In this document: positions 27,679-36,267 of the stretch, piece by piece
How the letters are laid out: every line of letters begins with the position of its first letter
How positions within the stretch are numbered: the stretch's first letter is position 1
From: a virus
Taxonomy: Duplodnaviria; Caudoviricetes
IMG/VR virus record: IMGVR_UViG_3300049988_000245
Location: 32,001-96,000 of that record
DNA: 64,000 nucleotides
Reading direction: 5' to 3' (one strand)
Made by a program: the position numbers and the translations under genes
Notes under the pieces: generated by a model
The model's database searches: none
What the model saw: only the letters and a program-made list of their open reading frames with translations
What the model was told of the DNA's origin: nothing

Positions 27679-27752
27679 TGTCTCTGGTCGGGCTCGAACC
27701 GACGACCAATGGAGTTAGAAGCCACCGCTCTGACCAACTGAGCTACAGAGAC
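27679..27752 (-). tRNA. second tRNA with CUA anticodon (amber suppressor-like)
   Basis: GUCUCUG/CAGAGAC acceptor, A73, D-stem GCUC/GAGC, anticodon arm GUGGC-UUCUAAC-UCCAU, T-arm GUCGG-UUCGAGC-CCGAC; CCA not fully encoded. Confidence 0.85.
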
Positions 27753-27881
27753 ATCCCGTACTTATGTGCTAAACGATCCGGTGATTTTCGTCAAACCAAT
27801 CTGATCTGGATGGTTAACGACCCACCTGAATCTCAAACGATTGCCGCTTAAATATTAGAGACATCCAACTGAGGTATTACC

Positions 27882-28004
27882 ATGGATTCACTGTTTAACG
27901 TCTTCATTGCCGACAAGCTGATCTTCTACCCGTTCGCCGCACTGGTGTTCTACTTCCTCTGCCTCGAAGCAGTCCACAAGACGAAGATCGTTCTACGTCG
28001 CTAA
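27882..28004 (+). CDS. 40 aa hydrophobic peptide (not in the track)
   Basis: GAGGT RBS, TAAATA near 27849; MDSLFNVFIADKLIFYPFAALVFYFLCLEAVHKTKIVLRR. Confidence 0.45.
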   Translation: MDSLFNVFIADKLIFYPFAALVFYFLCLEAVHKTKIVLRR

Positions 28005-28011
28005 AACGACA

Positions 28012-28042
28012 AGCCCGACCAAAGCAATGCTCTGGCCGGGCT
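28012..28042. terminator. hairpin between the convergent peptide gene and pqqA
   Basis: AGCCCGACCAAAGC/GCTCTGGCCGGGCT imperfect stem. Confidence 0.45.
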
Positions 28043-28086
28043 ACACTCAGTACGACGTACAGTTCCGTCGAATTTGTATTGCAGTC

Positions 28087-28176
28087 TTAGTTGAAGGTGT
28101 CGATCTCAGCCGAATCGTAGCTGGTGACTTCCATACCAACGCAGACTTCCTGAACGATAGGGGCAGACCACTTCAT
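28087..28176 (-). CDS. pqqA: pyrroloquinoline quinone precursor peptide PqqA
   Basis: MKWSAPIVQEVCVGMEVTSYDSAEIDTFN (29 aa, ExxxY intact); AGGAG RBS; TTGAAA-N17-TATTAT promoter upstream. Confidence 0.93.
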   Translation of the reverse strand: MKWSAPIVQEVCVGMEVTSYDSAEIDTFN

Positions 28177-28348
28177 AGCGTTTCTCCTTAGTGACGTATG
28201 TTAACGTCTCGTACATAATAAGGTTGCGCGCAATTCTTTTCAAGCACAAAGATTCTTAGGAAATCATTATTTTCGCATTCCCATCAAATGATGAATTTTG
28301 CGACAAAATGCCATCTTTTGATGCACCCCAAATATCTGATTTTGGAGA

Positions 28349-28468
28349 TAACGGGCGTCCGCATCGACCCTGCTGCACATGGTGTTGCAGGCGCCCGGAC
28401 CGCTCCCAGAGTCGTTTTGGGAGCGGTCACTAGGGGGTCAGCCAACCTAAGGCTGGACGCCTCCGTTA
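28349..28468 (+). ncRNA. candidate multibranch structured RNA
   Basis: Closing stem TAACGG-GCGTCC/GGACGC-CCGTTA; 11 bp inner hairpin; G-U pairs favour +. Confidence 0.35.
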
Positions 28469-29041
28469 CGCGGCGAGAGCCACATCCTTGACCTCCTTCG
28501 GTGTGATCCGAGCCGAACCGTCTGCGTTCAGTGTCAGCGTACAGTGGCGGAAACGGATCGCACCCTTGGTGGAGGGGTGATCGGGGGTCTCTCGGGTGGT
28601 CCCGGTGGTGGCCGAGAAGTCCACGTGATGGACGTAGTAGGATTTGCCCTTCGTCTTGAGCACCCAGGCGGGGAGCGAGGGGAACTCAATCGAGCCCTTG
28701 TTGAAGTGGAAGTCCACCATGGGGCAGTTTTCCACCGTCAGGGGGAAGCTTGCCATCTGATCGGCCATCTGCTGGTCCATCGCCAGGATACGCGCCCAGC
28801 GCTGCTTGGCCGAGTCGAGAAGCGTCATCGTCTTGAACGCCATGATGGATTGGAAATGAAGCTCGCGCTGGAGCTTGCGCGTGGCATCCGCACCGGGGTT
28901 GGTCCGGGCCATCCGCTTGAGCTTCGCCCGATCGGCGCGAATCTTCTTTGTCTGGTGCGCGTAGAGGGCGCGCCACGTCTGGCGCCAGGACTTGTACTGC
29001 TCGGGGGTGGTGAAGGTCGGGTGCATTGCGTGAGCGGACAT
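28466..29041 (-). CDS. hypothetical phage protein
   Basis: AAGGA RBS before MSAHAM; C-terminal YYVHHVD...TRETPDHPSTKG. Confidence 0.55.
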   Translation of the reverse strand: MSAHAMHPTFTTPEQYKSWRQTWRALYAHQTKKIRADRAKLKRMARTNPGADATRKLQRELHFQSIMAFKTMTLLDSAKQRWARILAMDQQMADQMASFPLTVENCPMVDFHFNKGSIEFPSLPAWVLKTKGKSYYVHHVDFSATTGTTRETPDHPSTKGAIRFRHCTLTLNADGSARITPKEVKDVALAA

Positions 29042-29051
29042 GGTCGATTCC

Positions 29052-29333
29052 TTACTGTGTGATCGTGGGGTTCTTGATTCCGGCCCACCGAATACGAAAA
29101 TGGAAGGCCGTGTTCTCATCGCTGAAGTAATACAACTCGTATCCATCAGCGTGGTACCAGTATCCGGGCTGATCGGTACACCATTCCCGGAGTTCTTTAC
29201 TGTAGTTGAAGTTCCTTTTTCCCAAATAGACTTTGTGGACTTTTCCCCACTTCTTTCGAATGTGGTTAAGGAGAAAATCTTTGTGCCGCATCTCTGGTGG
29301 TCGGTTCTCGTAATTCGTCATGATCACTTCCAC
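29052..29333 (-). CDS. small-domain paralog family member
   Basis: LREWCTDQPG...YYFSDENTAFHFRIRW. Confidence 0.7.
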   Translation of the reverse strand: MEVIMTNYENRPPEMRHKDFLLNHIRKKWGKVHKVYLGKRNFNYSKELREWCTDQPGYWYHADGYELYYFSDENTAFHFRIRWAGIKNPTITQ

Positions 29334-29956
29334 CTCAGTGTGTACATGATCGCGTCATGCTGGTACTCGAACGCGATACCTACGGTGGTGGAACAGCCCG
29401 AGGCCCATCCCACACGCTTGTGCTGGCCCATGCAGGTGTCGGCCAACCAAACTTCGATTTCCTGAAGCTTCTTCACGTCGAAGCGGATGACCTTCATCAG
29501 GTACCAACTTGGGTCGATCTGGAGCGTCGCCTTCAGGGAGGCCATCTGCGCCTGATCCTCCCATTTCTCAGTGCCGACGAAGTTCGAATCCGTGTAGCCG
29601 TATTCGCCCGGCTCCCACTGATCCGCCTCGGGTAGCGCACAGATGCGCGTCAGGCCCTCGTGGAGCTTGGCGAGCAGTTCCGGGTCATTGGCGTTGCCTT
29701 CTTCCTCGAACGCCACGCCAGGGCTGTCGAAGGTCACCTGAAGGTAGGCGTCCTTCGTGAGGGAGAAGAACAGGGAGGAATTGTACTGACGGTCGATCGA
29801 ACACCCGATCTCGGTGTCCTCCGCGTCGAGTTCGGCGTCGTCTGGTAGGGCTGGAAGGCGGGCGAGCAGAGTCGCCCAATCTCTTTCGAGATCAGTCATG
29901 GAGGTCTCCGGAATGTGATGGGGTTGAAACGCAGAAACGCCCGCCGCCGGAATCAA
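29324..29956 (-). CDS. paralog family domain fused to an acidic N-terminal domain
   Basis: IEVWLADTCMG...IAFEYQHDAIMYTLRWK. Confidence 0.6.
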   Translation of the reverse strand: MIPAAGVSAFQPHHIPETSMTDLERDWATLLARLPALPDDAELDAEDTEIGCSIDRQYNSSLFFSLTKDAYLQVTFDSPGVAFEEEGNANDPELLAKLHEGLTRICALPEADQWEPGEYGYTDSNFVGTEKWEDQAQMASLKATLQIDPSWYLMKVIRFDVKKLQEIEVWLADTCMGQHKRVGWASGCSTTVGIAFEYQHDAIMYTLRWK

Positions 29957-30102
29957 CCGGTGACGAGCGTCAGATAGGCAAACTGTGGGCGAGCAGGCGA
30001 AACGGCCGGTGATCCGGGCCAGGAACGCGATGATCGCGGAAAGGCGGTTCTACAAGGTCATGAGGGGAATCTAGCGCAGCCGTGTCGGACTGGCAATATG
30101 AT

Positions 30103-30540
30103 TTATCTGCCTGTGCACCACGTAATTTTGAACTGCATCGCGGTTGCCAAATCCTCGAACAGATAGTGTTTGCGAACGGCGTCACCTCGCCAAAGCGTAG
30201 GTGGATTCCCGGCAATGGCGCGAGACCCTAGGCGCTGCCTCATCGTGCGCTCATCCGTAGTCAGATCGACGAGCGTTTCCCAGCGCTTTACCACACCGGT
30301 TCCGCAATCATACGCCCAGCTTTCAGGCGTATCGAAGCCGCTAGATCGAGATGGGAAGCGGCGCGTTGTCATGAACCTATCGAGACGAGAAACTTCGTGG
30401 AAATGGTGTTGATTCTGGATCAGCGCGATAACCTGTGCATCCAAATCCCATTCGTCTGCCCACATGATCCGGCAAGGGTTTGGTCGGTCTCGGTCGCCAC
30501 GCTCGGTGCGCCAAACACCATCCGAACCCTGCCACCACAT
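30103..30540 (-). CDS. small-domain paralog family member
   Basis: Ends YLFEDLATAMQFKITWC. Confidence 0.6.
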   Translation of the reverse strand: MWWQGSDGVWRTERGDRDRPNPCRIMWADEWDLDAQVIALIQNQHHFHEVSRLDRFMTTRRFPSRSSGFDTPESWAYDCGTGVVKRWETLVDLTTDERTMRQRLGSRAIAGNPPTLWRGDAVRKHYLFEDLATAMQFKITWCTGR

Positions 30541-30752
30541 CAGCGTGCCTTTACGACGAACATCCTACCCACGGAATCCCGGTGTAGCGTATCACCCTTA
30601 CGACAGACAATGCGGCCCTCCCAATCGTGCACGATGATCTTTTCGGCATCAGCACCGAAATTCAGAAAGATCACCCACCTGGGCCATTCGCTCGTTGGAG
30701 TGTCGGTGCCCGGATAAACCCAGGAGACTGTAGGAAGCGTGCTCATCAACAT
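30540..30752 (-). CDS. hypothetical protein
   Basis: Coupled 70 aa ORF. Confidence 0.45.
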   Translation of the reverse strand: MLMSTLPTVSWVYPGTDTPTSEWPRWVIFLNFGADAEKIIVHDWEGRIVCRKGDTLHRDSVGRMFVVKAR

Positions 30753-30782
30753 ACAATAATTGGCTTAAGCGTTTACGGACAA

Positions 30783-30796
30783 TATTTATCTAAATA
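30783..30796. promoter_or_regulatory. back-to-back TAAATA late promoters
   Basis: TATTTA (30783-88) and TAAATA (30791-96) between divergent genes. Confidence 0.55.
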
Positions 30797-30819
30797 AAAG
30801 CATTGTTTAGGAGAACACA

Positions 30820-31476
30820 ATGCATTCGATGCGAGAAATCATGACGCTCATGGAGGCACCTCGTAAGAAGGCCGCTGCCTTCCCGACCGTCAATCCTGAC
30901 GAGCTTCTTGGACGCGTGATGAATCTCATGGCCGTCCTCCAGGGCATGAACTTCCAGTTTACCGCCGATTGGGTCTTCGCCATGGTAGAGCAGGCCAAGC
31001 AGCAGAAGCTCGCGTTCGAGCGCCAAGCGGCGGAGGATCACGAGCGCTACGGGGACGAGCACGACCCGGCAGATTGGACCTTCGACGTGAAGGATGCCTA
31101 TCGGGACCTCGCCGAGCCGTTCTACCGTAAGGCCACCCACGCGTTCAACATTCTGGCGGACGCCCAGGTGGCCCAGCGGGTCTATCAGGACTCCATGGTA
31201 ACCAACCCGGACGACCCCATGGATATGGTCGAAGATTCCGATTACCTGCGTTGTCTCCAGGCTCAGCGGAATCTCGGACAGGCGATCGAGGCGATCAATC
31301 CGTCTCGCCCCTCGACGTTTGTTGCCGTGCTCGACGGCATCGAGAGCGTCCTCCAGACGTTCAAAAGCGCAATGAGCGGGGGCGAGCAGCGTATTCCACC
31401 GGAATGGCTTGATAGTGTGGAAAAGGAACTGGAACATCTTCTCCCACTAATGCGTTTTACTCTTAAGAACCTTTGA
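30820..31476 (+). CDS. putative packaged helical protein
   Basis: AGGAG RBS; leader MHSMREIMTLMEA. Confidence 0.55.
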   Translation: MHSMREIMTLMEAPRKKAAAFPTVNPDELLGRVMNLMAVLQGMNFQFTADWVFAMVEQAKQQKLAFERQAAEDHERYGDEHDPADWTFDVKDAYRDLAEPFYRKATHAFNILADAQVAQRVYQDSMVTNPDDPMDMVEDSDYLRCLQAQRNLGQAIEAINPSRPSTFVAVLDGIESVLQTFKSAMSGGEQRIPPEWLDSVEKELEHLLPLMRFTLKNL

Positions 31477-31502
31477 GGCTTTAGGTTTGACGAATTCCAA
31501 GT

Positions 31503-31531
31503 AAAAAGGGCGCCCGGCGGGGCGCCCTTTT
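31503..31531. terminator. bidirectional intrinsic terminator
   Basis: A5-GGGCGCCC-loop-GGGCGCCC-T4 between convergent genes. Confidence 0.75.
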
Positions 31532-31579
31532 CGTTATACGGGAATGCGTATATTTGGGTTTTATACGGATTTGCGTATA

Positions 31580-32074
31580 TCAGTTGGATTCGTTCAGCCA
31601 GGGCGCAACGACGTGGACCACGTTGCCGTACTTGCTCAGGTGTCGCTCCATGGGTCCGCCGATCTTCCCGTCCGTGAGGATGAACGAGAGCGTGTGGTCG
31701 AACTCCAACATGCCACGGTGATCGAAGAAGCCGTCCGTGAACACGAACACCTTCCGAACCCCCTGGGGACCGTCATGATTCCGAACAAAGGTTAGCGGAG
31801 CAGCGATGTTGGTCCCACCCCCACACTGGAGACCCTTGACGCGCGTCAGCACATGGAAGTTGCCGGTCACGTCGAACACCTCCAGCACGGATGCGTCGAA
31901 CGTGCACACAACGACACGCTTCACTCCGTGGGCGATGCAGGCCAGGGCGATGTTCTTGAACTGTGCGGCCACGTCGTCGAAGCGCGTGGCACCAGAAACA
32001 TCGCAGGCCACATAGATGGTTTCACCCTCTGCAACTCCCGCGAGGTCGAACGCCTTCTTGATCGGTGTGTCCAT
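31580..32074 (-). CDS. vWA-like domain protein
   Basis: DVSGA (MIDAS-like), GGGTN, VFTDG. Confidence 0.75.
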   Translation of the reverse strand: MDTPIKKAFDLAGVAEGETIYVACDVSGATRFDDVAAQFKNIALACIAHGVKRVVVCTFDASVLEVFDVTGNFHVLTRVKGLQCGGGTNIAAPLTFVRNHDGPQGVRKVFVFTDGFFDHRGMLEFDHTLSFILTDGKIGGPMERHLSKYGNVVHVVAPWLNESN

Positions 32075-32133
32075 GGTATCCTCAGTGTTGGGGCGGTAAT
32101 TTCGTCGTCGCTTCCATGTAAAATCGCATTAGG

Positions 32134-32283
32134 TTAAAGGCGGAACCGCTGCATCATGGCAACGCGAATCTGACGGGCCTGCTCGGCGGCGGCGATCTCG
32201 GCCGCACTCACGGGGGCCTTTTGGGGCGCGGCCGGGACAATGATCTGGGTTGCGGTCGAGTTGAGCGTGACGGTGACGATCAT
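32134..32283 (-). CDS. small hypothetical protein
   Basis: GGGAG RBS downstream of an early promoter. Confidence 0.45.
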   Translation of the reverse strand: MIVTVTLNSTATQIIVPAAPQKAPVSAAEIAAAEQARQIRVAMMQRFRL

Positions 32284-32310
32284 GGCTGGGCTCCCGTTGC
32301 TGATTCCCCT

Positions 32311-32338
32311 AATATACACCTATCCGTCAGAACGTCAA
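32311..32338 (-). promoter_or_regulatory. phage early-type promoter
   Basis: TTGACG-N16-TATATT followed by AGGGGAATCAGCA, the same leader as at 43975. Confidence 0.7.
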
Positions 32339-32505
32339 CTAGGGTTGGTGTGAAAGAATCTCTCCTGAATCGTATTAACCAAAAAAATATTGGAAATCCC
32401 ACGATCTCAAGATATAAATACCCCCGTGATCAGATTCACTGGTCACCTGTAGGCAGTAAAGACCTCGCAAGTCGGTGAGGCAGTTGAGACCTACTAAGGA
32501 GAATC

Positions 32506-33147
32506 ATGACTAGAAAGCGTTCTGCGCAGCGCGTTGCTGTGCCCACAACCGTACCAACAATCATCGAGTTCATCATCGACGAATCCGGCTCCATGGGGTC
32601 CGTGGTCGATGAGACGATCTCAGGATTCCGATCCTTTCTCGATGAACAAAAGGCCGCTCAAGGTAGCGCCCTCCTCTCCCTGACAAAATTCGAGAGCAAT
32701 AATCTCGTCACGCCTTACGTCGATCTTGACGTAAACCTCGTACTGCCGCTGACCCGTGAGACGTTCGTCCCGGCCGGTGGCACCAATCTTCGTGATGCAC
32801 TCGGAAGCCGAGTCCGGAACGTCGAAGAGCGGATCAAGAGTTGGACGAGCCCGCCTCAGGTGCTCGTCGTCCTCCTAACAGATGGACAGGACAACCAGAG
32901 CCGCCAGTACAGCACCCCTCAGGTTCGCGACATGATCGCCGCCCACGAGGCTCAAGGCTGGACCTTCGTCTACCTGGGATCGGATTCACGCGCGCTGGAA
33001 GCCGCCCAGGCCATGGGATTCCAGCCCGGCAATTCGAAGAAGTTCGAGATCAACGAGATGCACAAGACGATGGAGACACTGTCCCGCGCGACAACCGCGT
33101 ACCGGGCCACCTCCACCGCTGCTGCTTCAACCTCATTTTTTGCCTAA
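32506..33147 (+). CDS. vWA domain protein
   Basis: DESGSM, GGTNLRDA, LTDGQDN; TATAAATA at 32413. Confidence 0.85.
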   Translation: MTRKRSAQRVAVPTTVPTIIEFIIDESGSMGSVVDETISGFRSFLDEQKAAQGSALLSLTKFESNNLVTPYVDLDVNLVLPLTRETFVPAGGTNLRDALGSRVRNVEERIKSWTSPPQVLVVLLTDGQDNQSRQYSTPQVRDMIAAHEAQGWTFVYLGSDSRALEAAQAMGFQPGNSKKFEINEMHKTMETLSRATTAYRATSTAAASTSFFA

Positions 33148-33161
33148 GGGAGTCATTAATC

Positions 33162-34199
33162 ATGCGTACGAATAACGTCGAACTCCGCGTCGTGGTCAAG
33201 AACAAGGCCATCACCGAATACGCCCACAACGGCCAGACCTTCATTGAGGGCCGCGAGGGTTCCAACTTCAACATCACCGTGACCAACCACAACCCGTTCC
33301 GGGTCGAGGCGGTCGTCGCGGTGGACGGCCTGTCCGTGCTCGACGGCAAGGATGCGGGTCCGCAGAGCGACGGCTACCTGCTCGGTCCAAACGAGACCAT
33401 CGCGATCCCCGGCTGGAAGCTCAACGAGGCCCAGGTCGCGGCATTCGAGTTCTCTGGGAAGGGCGGCTCCTACTCCGCGCTCAGCACGGGCTCGGCCCGC
33501 AATACCGGAGTGATCGGCCTGCTCGTCTACCGGGAGCGCTACGTTGCCCCGAACTACGTCCCTCGGACGTTCGTCAGCAGCCCGCTCGGACAGTTCTCCA
33601 CCGGAACCATCACGGCTACCCCTCCGGGATGGATGATGAACAACATCACCGAAACCGATCTCAATACTCTGATCGGTGGGGGTGCACCACTGAACTACCA
33701 CAATACGGTCCCGACTGACGCTCGTATGATGGGCGCGCTTAACGTCGGCGCGGTACAGTCGGCCATGGCGGTCAACCACACCGTGGCCAGTGTTGGTGCC
33801 AGCGTCATGCGGGGAGCCAAGGGTCCCCAGGGGCCGCAGGGTCCCAAGGGCGATGTCGGTGCACAGGGTTCTCAGGGCTCGCCGGGCGTTTCCACCATGG
33901 AGATGGACCAGAGCTTCAACATCTCCCGTGGTTACGAGGGGATTCAGCCACAGGCGCTCGCCGCTTCGGTGCAGAATCTCGGCACCGCCTTCGGTGAAGC
34001 CCAGACGTTCGCCACCACCACGGTGTCGTTCGCCCGTGGCGACATGCAGGCGATGCTCGTGCTCTACTACGACAACGCCCGTGGTCTGAAAGCCCGAGGA
34101 ATCGTCCTAACGCGTACGAAGAAGGACGCGGTACTGGCGACTCCCAACGCGTTTCCCGGCATGAGCGGTTGCACGCCCCCGAAGGGCTGGAACGGCTAA
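33162..34199 (+). CDS. vWA-associated hypothetical protein with collagen-like insert
   Basis: Start MRTNNVELRV; GPQGPQGPKGDVGAQGSQGSPG triplets. Confidence 0.65.
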   Translation: MRTNNVELRVVVKNKAITEYAHNGQTFIEGREGSNFNITVTNHNPFRVEAVVAVDGLSVLDGKDAGPQSDGYLLGPNETIAIPGWKLNEAQVAAFEFSGKGGSYSALSTGSARNTGVIGLLVYRERYVAPNYVPRTFVSSPLGQFSTGTITATPPGWMMNNITETDLNTLIGGGAPLNYHNTVPTDARMMGALNVGAVQSAMAVNHTVASVGASVMRGAKGPQGPQGPKGDVGAQGSQGSPGVSTMEMDQSFNISRGYEGIQPQALAASVQNLGTAFGEAQTFATTTVSFARGDMQAMLVLYYDNARGLKARGIVLTRTKKDAVLATPNAFPGMSGCTPPKGWNG

Positions 34200-35326
34200 C
34201 CCAGCCGCATCCTCTCGATCTCGACCTCCTCATAGGTCATCGGCGTCCCATTCGTGGGTGCCGGTGACCCACCCTGGACCAAATGAGCCAACCGCGCGAG
34301 CGCCCCCATCAGATTGGGATCATTCACGGTCGGCTTCGTCAATACCGGGCTGGGCTTGAAGAACTTCGGTGGCTTGCGCTCGAACTTCTTGTGGTTCGGA
34401 GGCGGCAGGGCTGGCGAGTTCGGATCGAAGTTCTGGAACCCCGCTCCGTTGACGGCTAGATACGTGCCGTCATCGACCTTCTGCCAAATCTCAGCATGCT
34501 TGGATCGCGGCGCCGTCTTCAGGTCGCGGCGGATGTCCCGCATGACCTTGTCGGCCATCCCAAACTGCGACGGCGACAGCTTATGATCGTGGAACGACAA
34601 CGCGTCCCCATCACCATCGACCTCGACGATGAAGAAGTTGCGCTTCAACACCTGCCGGATGAGCCCGGCGAACAGCGACGCCTCCTGAATGCTGAAGGTG
34701 TCCTCCTGTAAGGCTAGCGACATCCCACGAACGGCAAACCCCAGCAGGTACTGCTCCGCTGTGCCCTCCCACTCCTCTGGCTCCTCCGCCGACGACGCCT
34801 TACGCTGCTCAGCGATAAAGCCTTCCTTGTGGATGATCGGGTAGTGGTGCCACCGACCACCGAACGACTCGCCATAGTAAACGCCCGGCATGAAGCAGGC
34901 GAACACCCCCACCTGCCTGGGAAAGGTTTCCAACCACGAGACGCGGTTGTGCTGAAATTCGCAGACCGCTCCGGCGCCGCAGTTCGAGTCCGGTAGGGAC
35001 GGTGCTCCGAAGGCGAAACGGTCCGCCCGGCCGTTCAGCAGCTTGTCCGCACCGTACGCGTTGATCCGGCGAGCCACCTCGGCATCCGCCAGCGCAGACG
35101 TGCGGTAGCAGCCCACGATGTGCGGCGCGAGCGCCGCCACAGGCATCTCCGCCTCGATCATCTCCCTGAGATACCAGTGCAATCCCTCATGACGCTTGGG
35201 CGGACGACCGCGCACGGCCAATTCAGCCGACCACCACGCCTCCATCTTTTTCCCACTGGATACGAACACGGTCCGCTTCGTCCGAGGGTCGCGGTACTCG
35301 TAGACGTACGCACAGTCCTGCATCAC
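34196..35326 (-). CDS. hypothetical protein
   Basis: 376 aa ORF with phage-like codon usage. Confidence 0.5.
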   Translation of the reverse strand: MMQDCAYVYEYRDPRTKRTVFVSSGKKMEAWWSAELAVRGRPPKRHEGLHWYLREMIEAEMPVAALAPHIVGCYRTSALADAEVARRINAYGADKLLNGRADRFAFGAPSLPDSNCGAGAVCEFQHNRVSWLETFPRQVGVFACFMPGVYYGESFGGRWHHYPIIHKEGFIAEQRKASSAEEPEEWEGTAEQYLLGFAVRGMSLALQEDTFSIQEASLFAGLIRQVLKRNFFIVEVDGDGDALSFHDHKLSPSQFGMADKVMRDIRRDLKTAPRSKHAEIWQKVDDGTYLAVNGAGFQNFDPNSPALPPPNHKKFERKPPKFFKPSPVLTKPTVNDPNLMGALARLAHLVQGGSPAPTNGTPMTYEEVEIERMRLG

Positions 35327-35943
35327 CGAATCTCCTCGTTCGCACGGCTGAGGAGCAAACCAGCCACCGATCGTATGGCCGACCCGGTCGCTCGCAGCTT
35401 CTCCCCCAAAGGTACGGTAGGTTTAAACTCTTTCTTTTTAGAATAGAACTCTGCGTTAACAGGAGAGTTAATTTTATATCCCTTACCTTTGGGGGAGGTC
35501 ATCCGGGCGAGGCATTTTGCAGCAATCCAGGCGAACGTCGCCATGAAGTCGAGGCCGAACGTGAAGCGGATGGGGCGGCGCTTGATCCCATTGGGCATCG
35601 TCGGGGTGCGGGCGATGCGCTCGTACTGACCGGCCGGGTCAGGAACACGGTCGAGGAAGCCAATCGCCTCCAGCGTCTTCAGGGCGCCACGGATGCGGTC
35701 CTCGGACAGACCCAGGGTGGCGTTCCCCATGAGGGCACGACGATCGACCGGGAATGGGCGTTTATGCTTGGACGGGACCGCGTTCATGCGAGCGAGGAAC
35801 ACCGCCAGGATGTGGGCGGCCTCGCGGTTCTTGAAGCCTCGGAGTCGGACTTCGAGAAGTTGGAAGAGCTTGCCGGGCAGCTTATAGTTGCCCGATTCCC
35901 GAGCAGGATAGAATCGCAGGCCGTCGCGGGTGATCGGTAGCAT
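35323..35943 (-). CDS. plasmid-type replication/HTH protein (tentative)
   Basis: LGLSEDRIRGALKTLEAIGFLDR winged-helix-like segment; adjacent to the iteron-like array. Confidence 0.4.
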   Translation of the reverse strand: MLPITRDGLRFYPARESGNYKLPGKLFQLLEVRLRGFKNREAAHILAVFLARMNAVPSKHKRPFPVDRRALMGNATLGLSEDRIRGALKTLEAIGFLDRVPDPAGQYERIARTPTMPNGIKRRPIRFTFGLDFMATFAWIAAKCLARMTSPKGKGYKINSPVNAEFYSKKKEFKPTVPLGEKLRATGSAIRSVAGLLLSRANEEIR

Positions 35944-36023
35944 AGGCGAAGATGGCTCCCTTGGATGAAGGCAGCCGTCTACAGAATGCACTTTTCCGGG
36001 CCTGTCAAAATAGCCTGTGCGCG

Positions 36024-36185
36024 GACTAGGTTATTCGTCGCGAGGTATGAGTCAATTGTCGCGTTGAGCTAGGCGTTTTGTCGCGAGGTATGCGTGATTT
36101 GTCGCGCAATGCCCGAATCGTGTCTTTCCCGTCACACTGCGCGACGAATGACTCATACTTGGTATAGGGGATTTGGCGCGCAATC
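36024..36185. repeat. iteron-like repeat array
   Basis: GTCGCG cores at 36037, 36058, 36080 and 36101 (21-22 bp period) plus an inverted copy at 36140. Confidence 0.7.
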
Positions 36186-36267
36186 AGATTCTCGAAGTCT
36201 CCGATAGTCATCGTAGGCGACGGGGCGGTCTAAATATTCTCTGAGCCAATCATCAGAGGATAAAACC

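Noticed and set aside
27598-27752. Reading both tRNAs as ordinary Arg(UCU)
   Set aside because: Centring the loop on UCU breaks the anticodon stems and canonical numbering, and A20 is missing; kept only as an alternative hypothesis.
27588-27851. 87 aa ORF over the tRNAs
   Set aside because: Antisense shadow of the two tRNA genes.
28353-28439. HDV-like/theta ribozyme
   Set aside because: The P1/P4/P2 order is suggestive, but P3/L3 is a long hairpin without the pyrimidines needed for P1.1.
36024-36185. Mini-CRISPR array
   Set aside because: The units are 21-22 bp degenerate repeats without unique 30-40 bp spacers, and there are no cas genes; iteron-like fits better.
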